Positions 14,022-35,173 of a stretch of 64,000 nucleotides of DNA are shown here, piece by piece. Each line of letters starts with the position of its first letter. Positions within the stretch are counted from its first letter, which is position 1. This DNA comes from Reclinomonas americana ATCC 50394 (taxonomy: Eukaryota): positions 395,004-459,003 of the forward strand of contig PS015022.1 of the NCBI GenBank assembly GCA_048213135.1. Direction: 5' to 3'. A program made the position numbers and the translations under genes. The notes under the pieces were generated by a model. It searched no databases and was not told where the DNA came from. It was given only the letters and a program-made list of their open reading frames with translations.

Positions 14022-14486
14022 TCACAACGACGACGACGATCCCTCCCCTCCAACTGCAGCCGACGGAGGTTGCTGAATAGAGGCGGCATTCTGCTCCCAG
14101 TTCCGCCCATTGAACGGCTGCACCTCGGCCACCTCAAGGCCTGAGCGTGCACGATCCACACAGTTAAGGTTGACGCTGATGCCGTCGGGGTGTGAGCGAG
14201 GATAGTAGAACGATTTCACGCCGCAAACGCGGCAAAACACGTGTCGTGCGGTGCGTGTGCCAAAGAGGTACTCGGTGATGAACTCCTCCGAGCCTGTGAA
14301 AGAGAGGAAGAGAGTGAGTGAGAGAAGGAGAGATAGAGAGACGGAGAAAAGAGTAGGTCACAGAGGAAGAGAAAGCGAGACAGACTGAGAGACAGAGAGG
14401 GATAGGGAGAGAGAAGGGAAAGAACGAGCACAAGCAGAAAGCGAGACAGAGAGCGGGAGAGAGACCAGCCAGCCAGCCAGAGCGAG

Positions 14487-14567
<81 letters not shown>

Positions 14568-14657
14568 GTACGGTACGGTACGGTACGGTACGGTACGGTA
14601 CGTACGTACGTACGTACGTACGTACGTACGTACGTACNNNNNNNNNNNNNNNNNNNN

Positions 14658-14699
<42 letters not shown>

Positions 14700-14946
14700 T
14701 CCTGCAGGTGGAAAGCGTCTTTGCCAATGATAACGTGCTTGAAACCTGTCATGGAACACACAGAGCAGTCGCAGTCGACGACAAGCACGCTTTGTGGTGC
14801 GCGGAATGTGTATGAAACCTGCACGCCAAGTCAGTCACACTCTCACTGTGACAAGAGCCGAGAGGGAGAGAGAGGAAAGAGAAGCGCACTTTGCCACAGT
14901 GGCAGCCGCCATAGTGCTCGATCCACTCAACATCCGTGCGTTGCAT
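14022..14946 (-). CDS. CENPV: CENP-V / GFA (Mss4-like) zinc-binding protein
   Basis: GGCHCGKV, CDCSVCSMTG, YLFGTRTARHVFCRVCGVKSFYYPRSHPDGISVNLNC, FNGRNWE. Confidence 0.9.
14491..14696. repeat. Compound microsatellite (GA)n-(CGGTA)n-(CGTA)n-gap-(GA)n inside a CENP-V intron
   Basis: Read directly from the sequence; spans an N gap. Confidence 0.9.
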
Positions 14947-14950
14947 GGCT

Positions 14951-14983
<33 letters not shown>

Positions 14984-15014
14984 AAGAAGAGACACACAAA
15001 TGTAGGACGACCTT

Positions 15015-22301
<7,287 letters not shown>

Positions 22302-22736
22302 CGGAGAGAGACACAGACAGGACCCGACACAACCGGCGGGACGAACATGCATACGTATGCATCATCCCTTCATAACAAAGCACCAGCGGCAACGCAGCTG
22401 ACCATCTTTGCGTATCAACATAAACGCCACGCAGTTGCACAGGAGTTTCTGTGATTCGATTTGGAGCATTTGCAACTGCAAGACGTCGACGTCGCGATCG
22501 AGAACCGCGACCTGCTGAGTTGCATTGCGTGGGTGATGACGATCAGTGTTGTAATGACATACTCCATGAGAGCAGTGCATGATGATCACCATCCCGAGCG
22601 AGCAGCAGAGAGTCAACGATGGCAAGCCGGCTGGCAATATCAACCATTGATGGTCAGCTGCTGGTGGGAACCGAAGACGAGCACGTGTGAGACAGCGCAC
22701 GAATAGAGTCAAAACATCGGATACTATGCATTTTCA

Positions 22737-25686
22737 CTATCTCGCCCCCCTCCCGTACGGCCTCAGTCGACTGGACAGCGGGACGTCGGCTCGGCTGGGC
22801 GGCTGCGCCTCTTCACCCGTGATGCGCTTGATCTCGCGCAGCGTGTCGGTCATTTGAAGACGCAGCTCGGCCACGTCACTGACGGTCCACGCTCTCTTGC
22901 TGTCGCCACCGAAGGTGCTGTTGACGCGACTGCCACTTGCGTGCGTCACGGCGGAGGCATTGGTGCGACTGGCGACGACTCCACCGCTGTACCACTCCTG
23001 GCGACGACGTTCAACGCGCTGCGCGACACACACACCAATGAGATGGAGCGCAACACGATCGCCACCAACTACACAAGACCTCTTCGTCGGCTGGTGACTT
23101 GGGTTCCGGCAAGATGTCGTCCTCCTCGGTGGCCGCCAAGGAAATCAGCCGGTATTTTTCGCCAACAGTCAGGCGCTCGAGATCTGGCGGCAGATTCTCG
23201 CCACACACTGCGCGCAAAAACCATGAGTGCCTCTCGCTTGACCAAAAAAGACAACTATAGCAAAAAAAAGGACGCAACAGCCGGCGAGGCAGACGCGGAA
23301 CGCACGAATCCTGGCGACCTCCGTCCGAGCAAGCAGGCGCGCGTGATCCTCTTCCACCACTGCAATTCACAGAACTTGAGTCCAGCTGTCGCCTCCTTCG
23401 CTACCATTCTCTGTCCCTTCTCCGCAACATCTTGCATATGCCGACTGCCGCAAGCGTGACTGCGCCTCGGCAATGAGACGCTGCTCACGTTCCGAGTGCG
23501 CCAGTCGCGCCTGCTCGCCTGGTGACATTGCCTCGTCACCGTTCAACTCACGAGCGGCGGCCAGCATAAACTCCTGCACGAGCTGCATTTCGTGCTCCAC
23601 GCCCACCGGATTCGCCAGGCGCACCACCCGCCGTCTGTACGCCTCCTCACTGGCCTTCTCGCGCACAGAAAGTGGCACGCGCGGATCCGAGCGCACAGGC
23701 TCCGATACCACGCACAGCTGATCCACCAGGTCCACATGCAGAACACGACCGTCGACCAGCTGCACAAACACGCTGCGACCGTCGCGAAGCAGCGAGAAGC
23801 GTCCGACGCCCTCGAGCCACCGCTCCACCTTGTCGGCCACAAACGCATCACCGGCGGCTTTCGTGCCCGCGGAAGCCGGGGCATCTGACTCTGCCGGAGC
23901 ATCGTCCTCCGCCGCGGTGGTGAGGTTGCTCGGGCGCAGTGCCGTGTCGATGGCTCGTCGTGTGACAAATCGACACATTGCGTCGACCACAAACACGCGG
24001 TACGAAGTGGAGCTGGTGGACACAAGGAAGGAAGGGTGAGTGGTCAGGAGAAAACTTCAGGTTGGCGAAAAAAGGGTATGTAACATGGCGCGCGAGGCAG
24101 CGGTCAGTGTCAATGGCAACCCGTCAAGCGGGAACGACCGGTCGAACGAGGTGCCCGGCAGCCAGATACGCACTTGCCCACTGGCCCAGTCGAGCATGAA
24201 TAGTGCTCGGTAGCCGCAAGGGAAGCGCCAGTCGAATGGCACATCATCTTCGGCAGCACCCTCCACCTCTGTCTCGGCAGGCTCACTGCCGACCACGTTG
24301 GCACCCATAAAGCCGTACACCTGGAGGTTGATGAGCAGCCGATTGGGGAAGACAGAAGCACAAGGCTTTCTTCTCACTTACAAGGTACACGCTCACTCAC
24401 ACTCTTTCTGTCTCGCGCTCTCGATTTTCTTCACGCTAGCAGAACATTTATCTCGTTCACAGCACACCCCTCACCAAACGCTCGATCCACGCGGACATAA
24501 CCGTTCTCGCTCTCGCCCATCGCGCACACTCCACAACTCTCACCCATTTTCACACTCGCCGCACACATTCTCCTCGCTCTCTATCTGTCTCTCCCCATTC
24601 TCCCCCACCCCCTTCTTCTTCTTCTTCTTCTTCTTCTATCTCACTCTCTACCTGTCTGTTTCCATCATCTCTCCCTTTTCCCCCCTTCGTCTCTCTTGCA
24701 CTTCCTCACCAACTTGCTCCTCTTGTCAAACACCATGGCCGTGCCCCGTCGCACGCACACCACCGCATGCGACAACTGCTGCTCCGTCGGCGGCTCCGGC
24801 CACGCCACCGCATCGGAGACAAGAGGCATGGTCTCCGGCACCTCCACCCACCACGAGTTGCGAGTGGACTCTCGATCTGCCCTCGCTCCCGCCCGCTGCG
24901 GCGGTCCGCCCGACCGCACCTCATCGCCCTCCACCGAGTGCCGCAACGCGATGCGCAGCGCTGGCCAGATCCACGCCGGCACAGTGCTGCCACCGCCATC
25001 GTCGTCATCATCAACATCGCCAAACACAATCACTTGCGATACCCACGTGCACATGCGAGTCGACAGCGACGACGTCTGCACCAGCTGGTCGACATGCTCC
25101 CTCACCAGTGCCGGAAACGTAATGGTGCATGATCGTCGCGACACGTGCAGTCGCAGCGACACCGTCTCACACCGACTGCTCACTGTCACCGTGCGGGTGG
25201 ATCGCGACAACGTGACAAACTCGGGCGCATCGACCCACTCGCACCGAAATGGGTCGGGGAGCTTGGAGTCCTGCGTCGACAGTGTGAGAGAGAAAGGGAG
25301 GGAAAGGGAGAGAGAGAGGAGGAGGAGACGCACCAGCACAAAGAGAGGGGCGCGTTGATCGAGCAGCTGGCGACAGAGGTATGGTCTGTGGTGATTGGAG
25401 GGCAGCGAGTTGCGCAGACGCAGGGCGGCACCCACGCGTGCGCGGAAGCGACTGAGTGCGAAGACGGAGAGTTGGCGCGTGGCCGTCAGCTCGTCTCGTG
25501 CGTTGCGCTCGATCACAGTGACGCGATCGCCGTTGGGCGCGAGAGCGATCTGTTGGCCTGTGTGTGTGAGTAATGGTGAGAAGGAGGGAGGGGGAGGGAG
25601 AGGGAGGGGAGATAGGAGAGAGGTGTACCATCGTCAAAGGTGGCCACCACCACGCCGTTGTCGAGCAGCCAGCCCTCGCAGAGCAT
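22737..25686 (-). CDS. C5orf34-like protein (DUF4524/DUF4520-type)
   Basis: N-terminus MLCEGWLLDNGVVVATFDDGQQIALAPNG...RQLSVFALSRFRARVGAALRLRN...PYL and later GVGRFSLLRDG..VFVQLVDGRVL resemble animal C5orf34, recalled from memory. Confidence 0.7.
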
Positions 25687-25713
25687 GGTTGATTTTTGAT
25701 TTTGGTCAGTGTG

Positions 25714-25724
25714 TTCGCGCCAAA
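25714..25724 (-). promoter_or_regulatory. Putative E2F site TTTGGCGCGAA about 30 bp upstream of the C5orf34-like ATG
   Basis: Exact match to the TTTSSCGC consensus, in a lower-GC promoter region. Confidence 0.45.
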
Positions 25725-26106
25725 TTTGATCGTTTCGTTTACACAGCAGTATACAGCTCCATGATAATCAGCGTGAGGGAGAATCAGTAACTGACGCATG
25801 TCAGAGATGGTGCGAGATCCAGAAAAAGTCAAAAGTCGTGCTGGCGGCTCGCCATCGATGCCAAAATGTCAAGCCGGAATTCGAATTCGAATGCGGAATT
25901 CATGAAAGCTTCTGATGGCACGTATTATTGGTGTTGTACACAAGAGAGCATGTCGTTTTGTCGGTGATGTCAGCATCGGCTATCTCAACCCCAGATCGAA
26001 ACCTTGGCCAGCTGTGGACGTCTGTGTATACTGTGAAATACTCGCTACGTTGTTCTCCCCCCACACATCACCACCCCGTCCACGCACCACCCACCCACCA
26101 GCAGAA

Positions 26107-26178
26107 GGTCGTGTCGTATAGTGGCCAGTATACTCGGTTGTGATCCGATTGACCCCCGTTCGATTCGGGGCACGACCA
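26107..26178 (+). tRNA. tRNA-His (GUG)
   Basis: Cloverleaf: acceptor GGTCGTG/CACGACC; D arm GTAT-AGTGGCCA-GTAT; anticodon arm CTCGG-TTGTGAT-CCGAT; T arm CCCCG-TTCGATT-CGGGG; A73. A T-run Pol III terminator follows (TTTTGTTTTTT). Confidence 0.92.
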
Positions 26179-26480
26179 TGCCTTTTGTTTTTTCTTGCTC
26201 CTATTTTCGGCCTCAGCAATTTTGCCCATTGTCCATCACAGCCACCACGAATTCCCGTTCCCCTGACACTCCCACGCACACACATACACACACATGCACA
26301 TCAACGTACGCGAATGCAAAGCCACCACAGAAATGTGAGTAACAACTTCCCCCCGTCCCCAGTTTTCGTTCCTACTACATCTTCACACAAATTAAACATC
26401 CCAAAACTGATAAACAAATATCAAAACTGCCTGCTCCTTTTCCTCTCTCTCCTCCTCCTCCTCCTCCCCCTCCCACCTCC

Positions 26481-29400
26481 TCACTGCGTCAGCGAGAGCG
26501 ACGACATCATATTCTTAAACGCCGCATTCAACACACGATCGCAATTCGCCGCATGCAATCCCACCGTCTGCCGCCGGCGCAGCTCCTCAATGTGCTCCGT
26601 GGTCGATTGCTGCACGGCAGCAGTCAGCCATACTGTCACTAACACCACCACCACACCAACTACAAACCTCGTCCACATCCCTCAACGACGTCGCCGGATC
26701 ACTCATCAACGCGGCAACGTCGGCGTACATGGCGCCCTCCGAGCGGCCATGCATCACGCGCTCCTGCAACGCCTTGATCTGCGTCTCGCGCAGCCGTCGT
26801 TCCCGCTCGCGCTCCGCCTGCTGGAACGTGAGCTGCGCTCGCACCTCGGCCAGCCTCGCGAATTCGCTCGACAGCGCCTCGTGTGGTGGCGACCGTGGTG
26901 CGCTTGCCACCGCTTGCGGGGGCGACAATGGCACCTGGGCGTCGGCTACCTCACGCGGACTTCGCCCGCGTGGGGACAGCGACGAGGCCGAGGACGCCGA
27001 TGCCGTCGGCGATCCGTGTACGGGATCGGGCGCCGAGAGGGGCTCGATGGTATGCAGCACGGCATGGATGCGCTGACGCCGCTCACGCTCATCCGGAGGC
27101 AACATCGACCAGCGAGAGTACGTCTGCTCGATGCGCTCGCGGGTGGCCAGTTCCTCGGCCGTCAGCTTTGGAGCCGCCTCCAGCTCCGCGCGGCGCCTCT
27201 CTTCCTCCAGCTCCTTCTTGACCTCCTCCACCTCGTCACTCAGCCGCTGTATCGTGTCCGGGGCGCCATCTCGCGGCGACGGCAGCGCACTGTCTTCACC
27301 CATGTGTGGCATGGCGAAACCGGCCTTCATAACTCGTCGTCGCTGCTCTCGGCGCGTGTCCAGCATCTTGCGGTGGCTGTCGCGCAGCGTGGCACTGCGG
27401 TCGGCCTCGAACTGCATCGGCGATAATTCCTGGCGAGCGGGCGCGAGAAAATGTTAGCATGGAGGCACGAAGGAAGTCTCTCACTCGCTCACTACGTGAT
27501 CCTCAACTCATTCTTGTTCGATCATCCGCTCACGGGCACAGTTCATCAATCCCTTGCTCCCTTACACATCTCGTTATCACTACTCACTCTCTTACCACAC
27601 CACAACTCGCCACTCGACAAACTCTCCGTCACACAGACACACAATCGACTCTTTGAGTCTCTGCTCACTCACTCATTTTCTCGCCTCGTCTCGTCTATTT
27701 GTACTTCTGCCAACCTCTCCAATCTCTTCTCGCCCATCTCTTCCCCTTTTCCCCTTTCCCCCTTTCTTCGTCCTCACCTCATGCCTCCTCAACCGATCCA
27801 ACAAATTCAACCGGTGCATCCACTCGCGATGCCTCTCCGACGGCGTCGTCACCGCCGCCACCTCCATATCCAACGGATCAATGTTCCCCGCCGCCGCGGC
27901 ACCGCCAGGTCCACCGCCACCACCAACATCACCGTCACCATCGTCAGTGCCAGCGGGTGCCGCCGCCATGAAATGCGTCTGGTGCACACGCTCGACCGCA
28001 CTACGAATGTCGTCGCGCAACGCCTTCTTGGCCACCGCGGCCTCGACCTGAGCCGCGGTCACCACACCCAGCGAGCGGCGTCGGCGAACTGCCTCTGCTT
28101 CCTCGTCTTCCTCCTCGTCCCTCATTACCCCCTCCTCTTCCATATCAATAATCGACACGGGCGACTTGCTGCCGCCGTAGGCGTCGTCGGTGAAATCGTC
28201 GTGGTGATGCAGTGAGATGTAGTTGCGACTGTTGGTGAGGCCGTAGCGCGGTCGCGACACGGGCGGGATGATTGATATGCTGCTGGTCACCACCGGCGGT
28301 TTGTCGGAGCGACCAATGGGCGGCGGCATCTGGCCGCTGAACACCGACGCCCGACTCGCCGTGGCACTGCTGCTGGTGAGCGACGGTGCTTCGAGCGAGT
28401 CCGGCGACGGATCTCCGGAGCGCGGTTCGCGCGAGAATGCCAGCCCGGATCTCCGATGCATGCCGAGAAAGGAGGCGGCGGCCACGTCGGGAGCGTGCAC
28501 GGCCAACTTGTGCGGGTTGCCCCATGTCGGATTGGCACGATCGGCGGGATTGCTTGACAGCGGGGACGACGGACGCGGCGGGAGTTTGTGCAGCGAGTGC
28601 CGCCGCTTGGATGAGAGCGGCGATGATTGCGCGGGCGGTGAACGGGAGGGTGGTGGCGGCGGCGGTGGTTCCGGCATCGCCGACGACGACGATCTCCTGC
28701 GGTCTGCTTGTTGCTGTAGTGACTGCTGCTGCTGCTGCTGCTGCTGCTGGGGAGCAGGTGGAGTGGGCGACGGTGTGGAAAACAGTCGGTGTCGCATCGA
28801 TCCATTTGGGGTGGAGGGAGGCGACGTGGGCGCCGACATGGACATGGACGGCGGCGATGGCGATTCGTAAGCATTGTGGTACGAAGCAGGAGGTCGAGAT
28901 GGCGGCCACAGTTGGCGTGCAGTCGACAGGGCCGACGGGGAACGGGGTGAGCGAGCGCGCGGCGATGGAATGCCGAGGGACTACACATGTGACGGCGGTG
29001 GTGAGTGACTGTGAAGGTAACGAGCGGCCGTCACAAGAGGAAAAACAAAGAAATGTACCTCCGTGTCGGGCAAGCTGTCGTCGTCGTCGTTGTCGTGAGC
29101 GCCACCACGCAACATGTGCTCGTGTTGCTCCTCGTCGTCAGCAGCGACCAAGACACGCTCGGTCCACAGTGAACGCGCCGTCGGCGGGCTGCTGCCCGCC
29201 TGCCACGCATTCACAGCGGCCGGTCTATCGTCAGGCGGCAGCGGAGGCATGCTGCCGCGGCGATCTACTGTGGGGTTGTACGATGCCGTGGGCGTCGGTC
29301 GCGTGGCCGGACGGAGAGCCGAGCGCACACTCGGTTGTGAGGTTGGTGGTGGTGGTGGTGGTGGTGGTGGTGGTGGTGGCAGAGATGGGTCCTTTGGTCT

Positions 29401-32400
29401 CGATCGAGGCGACAGTGGTTGAGGTGTGGCCTCGGCGGGTGACACCGCGAGAGGAGACACGGGTCGGGTGAGAGCGTCACGCGACGGAGCCGACAAGTGC
29501 ACAACAGGCAGACTGGGAACATGGCGAGGCTCCGGAATGAGTGGTCCCGCAGTCGGTGGCGCGTGCACGTCCAGTGGCGGCAGCGCGCTGCCGCGTGGAG
29601 GTGGTGCAGCAGGTTTCAACTCCGACGAGGGCGTCGGAGGTGTGAAAAACACATCGTCACCGGCATCGATGGAGAGCACAGATAGCGGAGTGTGATGCTG
29701 CGGTTGTGCACGAGGTGCAGCCTTGGCTGGTGATGCGCTGCCGTCCAGCAGGCTGCGCGCCTCTGGTAGAGAGTCGCCACTTGCGCTGGCGTCGATGGCG
29801 GGAGGCCGTGGACGCGATGCGGGTGTCGGCGTCATTGTGGTAGCTTGCTTCGGCTGCGTGTAGTAGACACATGGCGATGAGAAGACAAGAGGCGTGACGA
29901 GCACTCGTTCAACACGACGAACCGACTGATCCGTGGTCTTGGGTGCAGTGTGGCCCTTGAGCCTCAACTTGGCCACGGCGCCAAGCACCAACGCTGCTCC
30001 GTCGACTTGCACAGGCGGCATTGAACCCTCGGCAACCACACGCAGGATGGACGATGTGGGCTCGGAACGCAGACGCAGCGGTGGTGGTCCCAGGCGCTGC
30101 ATTTCCGCACTGGCGACTCCCTGACTGATGCCGCCCCGCACGGCGCCACTGCGCCTCTGCGATGCCGACACAAAGAATTCCGGTAACGCGCCGTGCCCTT
30201 CGGCCATATGACCGGTGAACGACAGTGGCCGAGAGAGCAGGCGCAGGGTCGGCGGACCATCCAAATGCGTGTCACGAATGGCGATACCAATCACTCGTCC
30301 CTTGGCGGCATTTGCCTTGACGAGTCGATTGGATTGTGTTGGTACCGCAGGTTGCTGCGGGAAACAGGAAAGAAAGAGAATGAGCGACCAGACGACGACT
30401 CGCGAGTGGAGCCACAGGCAACGACGCAACTGTCTCACGCTCCGACTGCGCAGACTGCGGAGCCGATCGTCGTGTCCGCGGCGATGGCAAGTCGTCGAAC
30501 AGTGGATGTGGCGACTGCGGAAGTGAGACAGACGGCGATTGCAGTTCGGCATCACCATCGTCGCTGTCCACATCTTCCAGCTGATGATGATGATGACGAC
30601 GATGGCACACAGACATGAATTCAGAAATAAGCACAATCTCAATCAACGGCGGGTGTTGTGAGTGTGTATGTGCAACACAAACCGCTTCAGTGGGGGTGAC
30701 ACGCTGTACCAGTGTCTGCGACTGAGCCGAGGTGGAGCGAGGTGATTTTTTCTGCATCATATCATGTTGAGACACGTGATGGCCTGGCACGCAACACACG
30801 GCGGATTGAGACACAAACCGACACTGGGAGCCGCTGCGCGCCAGGTGATACCTGCAAGAAGCAGACTGGTCAGCAAACGCACACCACCATATATTTACTG
30901 CTGCGACGAGTGACGAACCGAGTCATCATCGTCGAGCTCAGAGGCACTGGGTAGGCGCAAGGGAGACGGCAGGGCTGCGGTGCGTTGCAGCTGACCAGGG
31001 ACTCCACCCCACAGCTGCACAGGTTCTGCGAACGGTGTCACCACCTGTGGCATAGAAAGCGAGGCCGAGTCAAAACAAAGCGGATGCGAGGCGACAGGGG
31101 ATGGGTGGAGCACGCAACATCTTCCAGGTGCATGACGGGCTCCAGTTCGTCGGGTGTCATGGCAGGCGGGGGCGAATCGGGAGACGACGGGGTTACCGAC
31201 GGCGCGCCGATGAGCGGCGACGGAATGTGACCTCCGCGGTCTATGTTGCCCTCCTCCTGAGGCGTAACCACGTAGCCGCGAGAACGGAACCGATCGGCTC
31301 GTCTGTGGGATGCCGTGAGATGCCGTCCACATCACATCATCATCATCACCACCACCACCGCCACAGACCTCTTCAAGTAGCGGAACCACAACTGCTGCAA
31401 AGCAAAGGCCGCAAAATCGCACGCTTCCACCCACTTGCGTACGCGATAGCCGCGCCAAACAGCCTGTATCATCTTGGCTGCACGATGTTCGCGGCAACGG
31501 CTGTGCATACACAAATCAGCAAGTGCGCACAGCATGAACTGTCGCTGTCGTCGACTCACCGTTGTATTCTCAGCCGTCGGGCAAACATCTGCAATCGCAC
31601 CGCCGCCATCTCCCTGCAACGCCACAATCAGCATAATGCTCAGACAGACACACAAACACTCACGCGCGCACGAAACCACAAGTACCTCTTGCGCAAATAG
31701 TGGCCGACCACACGCTCAATTTTTTGCACGGCCGCACGTCGCAGTCGCTGCAACATTCGGCGCTGCACCACTGGCGTCACGAACCGCTGGATAGTCGTCA
31801 CCGTAGACACGAGCAACGAATAGTTGCGTCGTAATCTCCATCCGCGCACCAGCGCCTGTATTCTCGTGGCCGCCAGTCGTCGCACACGAGCAATTGCAGC
31901 CTGGGTGCGTTAGGCGCGTGTGAGGGACATCGTCAGAGAGAGAGAGAGAGAGGTTGTGCAGGAGTACCGCTTTGCGAATGTCGCTCGTGGTCCATCCCTC
32001 CATTAGTTCTCGGAACAGAGTTTGCGTCAAAGAGTCCGCCCGCTGTGCGCACACTTCGTGCAGTCCACTCTCCATCTCCATCTCCATCAGTGACAAGCCA
32101 TAGTCATCACCATCATCATCACCATCGTCCTCCTCTTGCTCACCGCCGTCGCTTCCAGCTCCACTGTCATTGCCTGGATCGGTGCCGCTGGCGTGACTGA
32201 GATCGTCACTGACTCGCAGTCGACTCCGTGCGTCTCCCGACTCTACCTCCTCCTCCTCCTCCTCCTCGTCAGTGTCATCCAGTTCGCCGTGCGCCGCCAG
32301 TCTGTCCCGCTCACTCTTCTTGGCGAGCAGTGTCGATTCGCGGGCAGACTATGTCGCTCACGAGTGAACTCACAGGAACTGAGCGATAGCAAAAGACACA

Positions 32401-34618
32401 TGTCACTGTACCGACAAGTCAAGATTCGCACGAGTGGCGTAGCCTCGAAATGCGCGCTGAATATCGGTGGCGGAGCACGCCAAGATAAAAGCGCACAACG
32501 AGTCGAGCGCACCCATAGTGTCGACCACGCTACCTTGGCTGCAGAGTCGCTCAGTCACCAGCACAGATGATTCACCTCCCCTCGTCGCACACACACACGC
32601 ACACGAACCTCTCCTCCAGCCACCGATGCAGAATCTGCAACGCGTAGAGCGGCGACACGTACGTCACGTGCTCCACAAAGGGTCCACAGAGCGCGCGTAT
32701 CACCAGTTGCACACCCTCAGTGAATTTCATGTGACCCAGCACACTCATGTCCTCGAGCTGCTCTTCGGTGGCCTGCAAGGCCTCACGAGGCGACACGGGG
32801 CCAGAGGAGGAAAACGACGACGATGACGGCGAGGCGCCGTCGCTGCTGGTCAGCGTCTCACCAAGCGACTCCAGCGACGAGAGCGACAGCGGCTGCGGAG
32901 GTGGAGGCGAAGCCGAGCGTGCGTCTTGGCGTCGACCGCCACGGGAGCGACCCTTACGAACATGCGACGCCGACATGTACGTGTGCTCCAGCTCGGCCGA
33001 GATGCCATGTTGCGAGGACCTACGACACATACACACAAACACAAACGCGGCAGGTGAGACGAGGAACCAGCAGCGACGTATTGCAGGCGCGAAACTTGGC
33101 GATTCGCTCAAAGCGAATCCCGGGTGCCGCCAGAGCCGCCGCCGACGCTGGCGACAACGGCGAACCATGCGACGAAGCCGACGAGGCCGGTGAGTGCGCC
33201 GGGGACGCCGACTGTGATGATGATGGTGGTGGTGGTGGTTGTAGTGAAGGTGACGAGGGCGAAGTGGCGGTCGAGGGCTGTGTGCTGTCCGCGCCGACCA
33301 CAGGTGATGGTTTTCCGCGGCGTGCAGCACGCGGCAGTGGTGGCTTATTCCGAGCCTCCTGCATCACGGCGGCCAACTGACCGGCGGCGCGCACGATTCA
33401 GCAACTGCCACAACAAGAGGGGAGAAGAAAAATAATCCGCGCGCAACTTCGTCGGGTGGCGCCGAGATGAAGCGCTGACCGAGAGACGGGGACGTGCGCT
33501 GCACGTACTCGGCGATTTTCCGCGCAGTGGTCGTGCGCAGTGGGTGATTGTGGGGCAGATGCTGGCGTGCTGTCGCAGCGGCCAACTCGAGAACCTCGTA
33601 GGCCTCGCGTAGTCGCGCCAAGCGCTCCAGTACCACCGCCTCGGTCAGCAGGCAAATGATTCCCAGCGGTGAACGCGGCGGTGCAGGGTGGCCACTGTGC
33701 GGTGCCGGCGGCGACGACGCTGCCGCGGTATCGCGTTTCGATCCGCGCTTGTCTCCTGCGCCACACGATGATGAGGATGATGACGATGATCATGATTTTG
33801 AGAGGGGAAGCGCGTCACACCTCCGTGCTTTGGCCGGCCGGTGTTGGAGAGATGATTGCCGGCAGCGACCGTGGCAAAGTCCATGGCCGCCCGCAGCTCC
33901 TCCAGCGCCAACTCGCACGCACTGAGCCTGATGCACAAACGCGCGGCCTTCCAGTGATTCGCCGCCGCCTCCTCCGGATGCAAGCGCGTCTGCAGCACCG
34001 TCAACTTGGCATACGTATGCGCCCGCAACACGCGATGCCCATCACGCGTCAACAACCAGTGCGTCAGTCCCTGCTCCAGCAACAACAAGTGACACAACGA
34101 CGCCGCCTCCATCTCGCCCGGTCGATCCACCGCACACGCGCGTAACCTCGGCGGCGACCACGCATCCTCCACCGGGCCCACCAGCTGCCGCTTCTGCTCC
34201 TCCGACAGCGTCTCCACATCCGTCGCTCCCACTCCCAACACGTGCGTCTGCAACAGCGCCAGCGCCTGCCCAAACATACCCAGCACCTCCTCCGCCATGG
34301 CCGACGACGTCGATGTCGACAGTGTCGATGTCGACGACGAGGCAATGAGCATCGCCTGCCCGTCGGCATGCAACGCGCGCGCCAGCAACAGCACCGCCTC
34401 GAGGAAGGCCGGGTGACGCGATCCGTGCACCTCTTGCAGAATGACACACAGTGACTCGCACACGCGCACCGCACATCGCGAGAGACCCTGTTGCGCGCGT
34501 GTGAGAGTGTGAGTGTGTGAGAGTGAGAGTGTGACAGTGTGTGAACCTTGGCCAGTGACCAGCGAGCGGCAACCGACAGTGCGAATACGAGTGCGGAGAG
34601 CCCGCGATCTCTCCACAT
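26481..34618 (-). CDS. Large IQ-motif protein with helical/TPR-like N-terminus, long Pro/Ser-rich regions and coiled-coil C-terminus
   Basis: IQ motifs ATDIQRAFRGYATR, AATRIQALVRGWRLRR, AAVRLQMFARR and AAKMIQAVWRGYRVRK. The exon junctions I checked join in frame; it could still be two genes. Confidence 0.65.
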
Positions 34619-34763
34619 GACGCACTGTGCGGTGTTGCTCACACACACACACTCGCACGCACACACGCACGTGTGATTGTGTGTGTGCGTGAGTGAGAGA
34701 GTGAGGGCGAGAGTGAATGTCGGACAGTGCGCAGGACAGTGCTCGTTGGTGATTGATTTCAAG

Positions 34764-34962
34764 ATGGCGATCAGAGTGCAGATTGTGACGACGTGGGATG
34801 AGACGCTTGTGTGTGAGGTGGAAGGTGTGTGCTTTGAGGGAGAATGAGTGTGAGAGAGAGGGAGAGTGACTCAGATGTTCGAAGTGTGTGTGTGTGTGTC
34901 ATGCGTGAAAGAGAGAGAGAGAGTGTGTGTGTGTGTGTCATGCGTAGAAAGAGAGAGAGAGA

Positions 34963-34997
<35 letters not shown>

Positions 34998-35142
34998 CGA
35001 GAGAATGAATGAATATTCGATGTATGAGTGTGAGTGTGTGTGTGTGCGTCTGTGTGTGTGTGAGAGAGTGAGACTGATTGAGTCGCGATCAGCACATGGA
35101 CGCGTCTCGGACATTGAGGCATGGTTGCGAGGTGCGTTTTTC

Positions 35143-35173
<31 letters not shown>

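Noticed and set aside
22340-22730. Small ORFs or a C/D snoRNA in a longer intergenic region
   Set aside because: No properly spaced C and D boxes with a terminal stem; the ORFs lack good starts or recognisable homology.
25875-25912. GAATTC/TTCGAA cluster as a heat-shock element
   Set aside because: The spacing does not fit contiguous nGAAnnTTCn arrays, and the adjacent genes are not chaperones.
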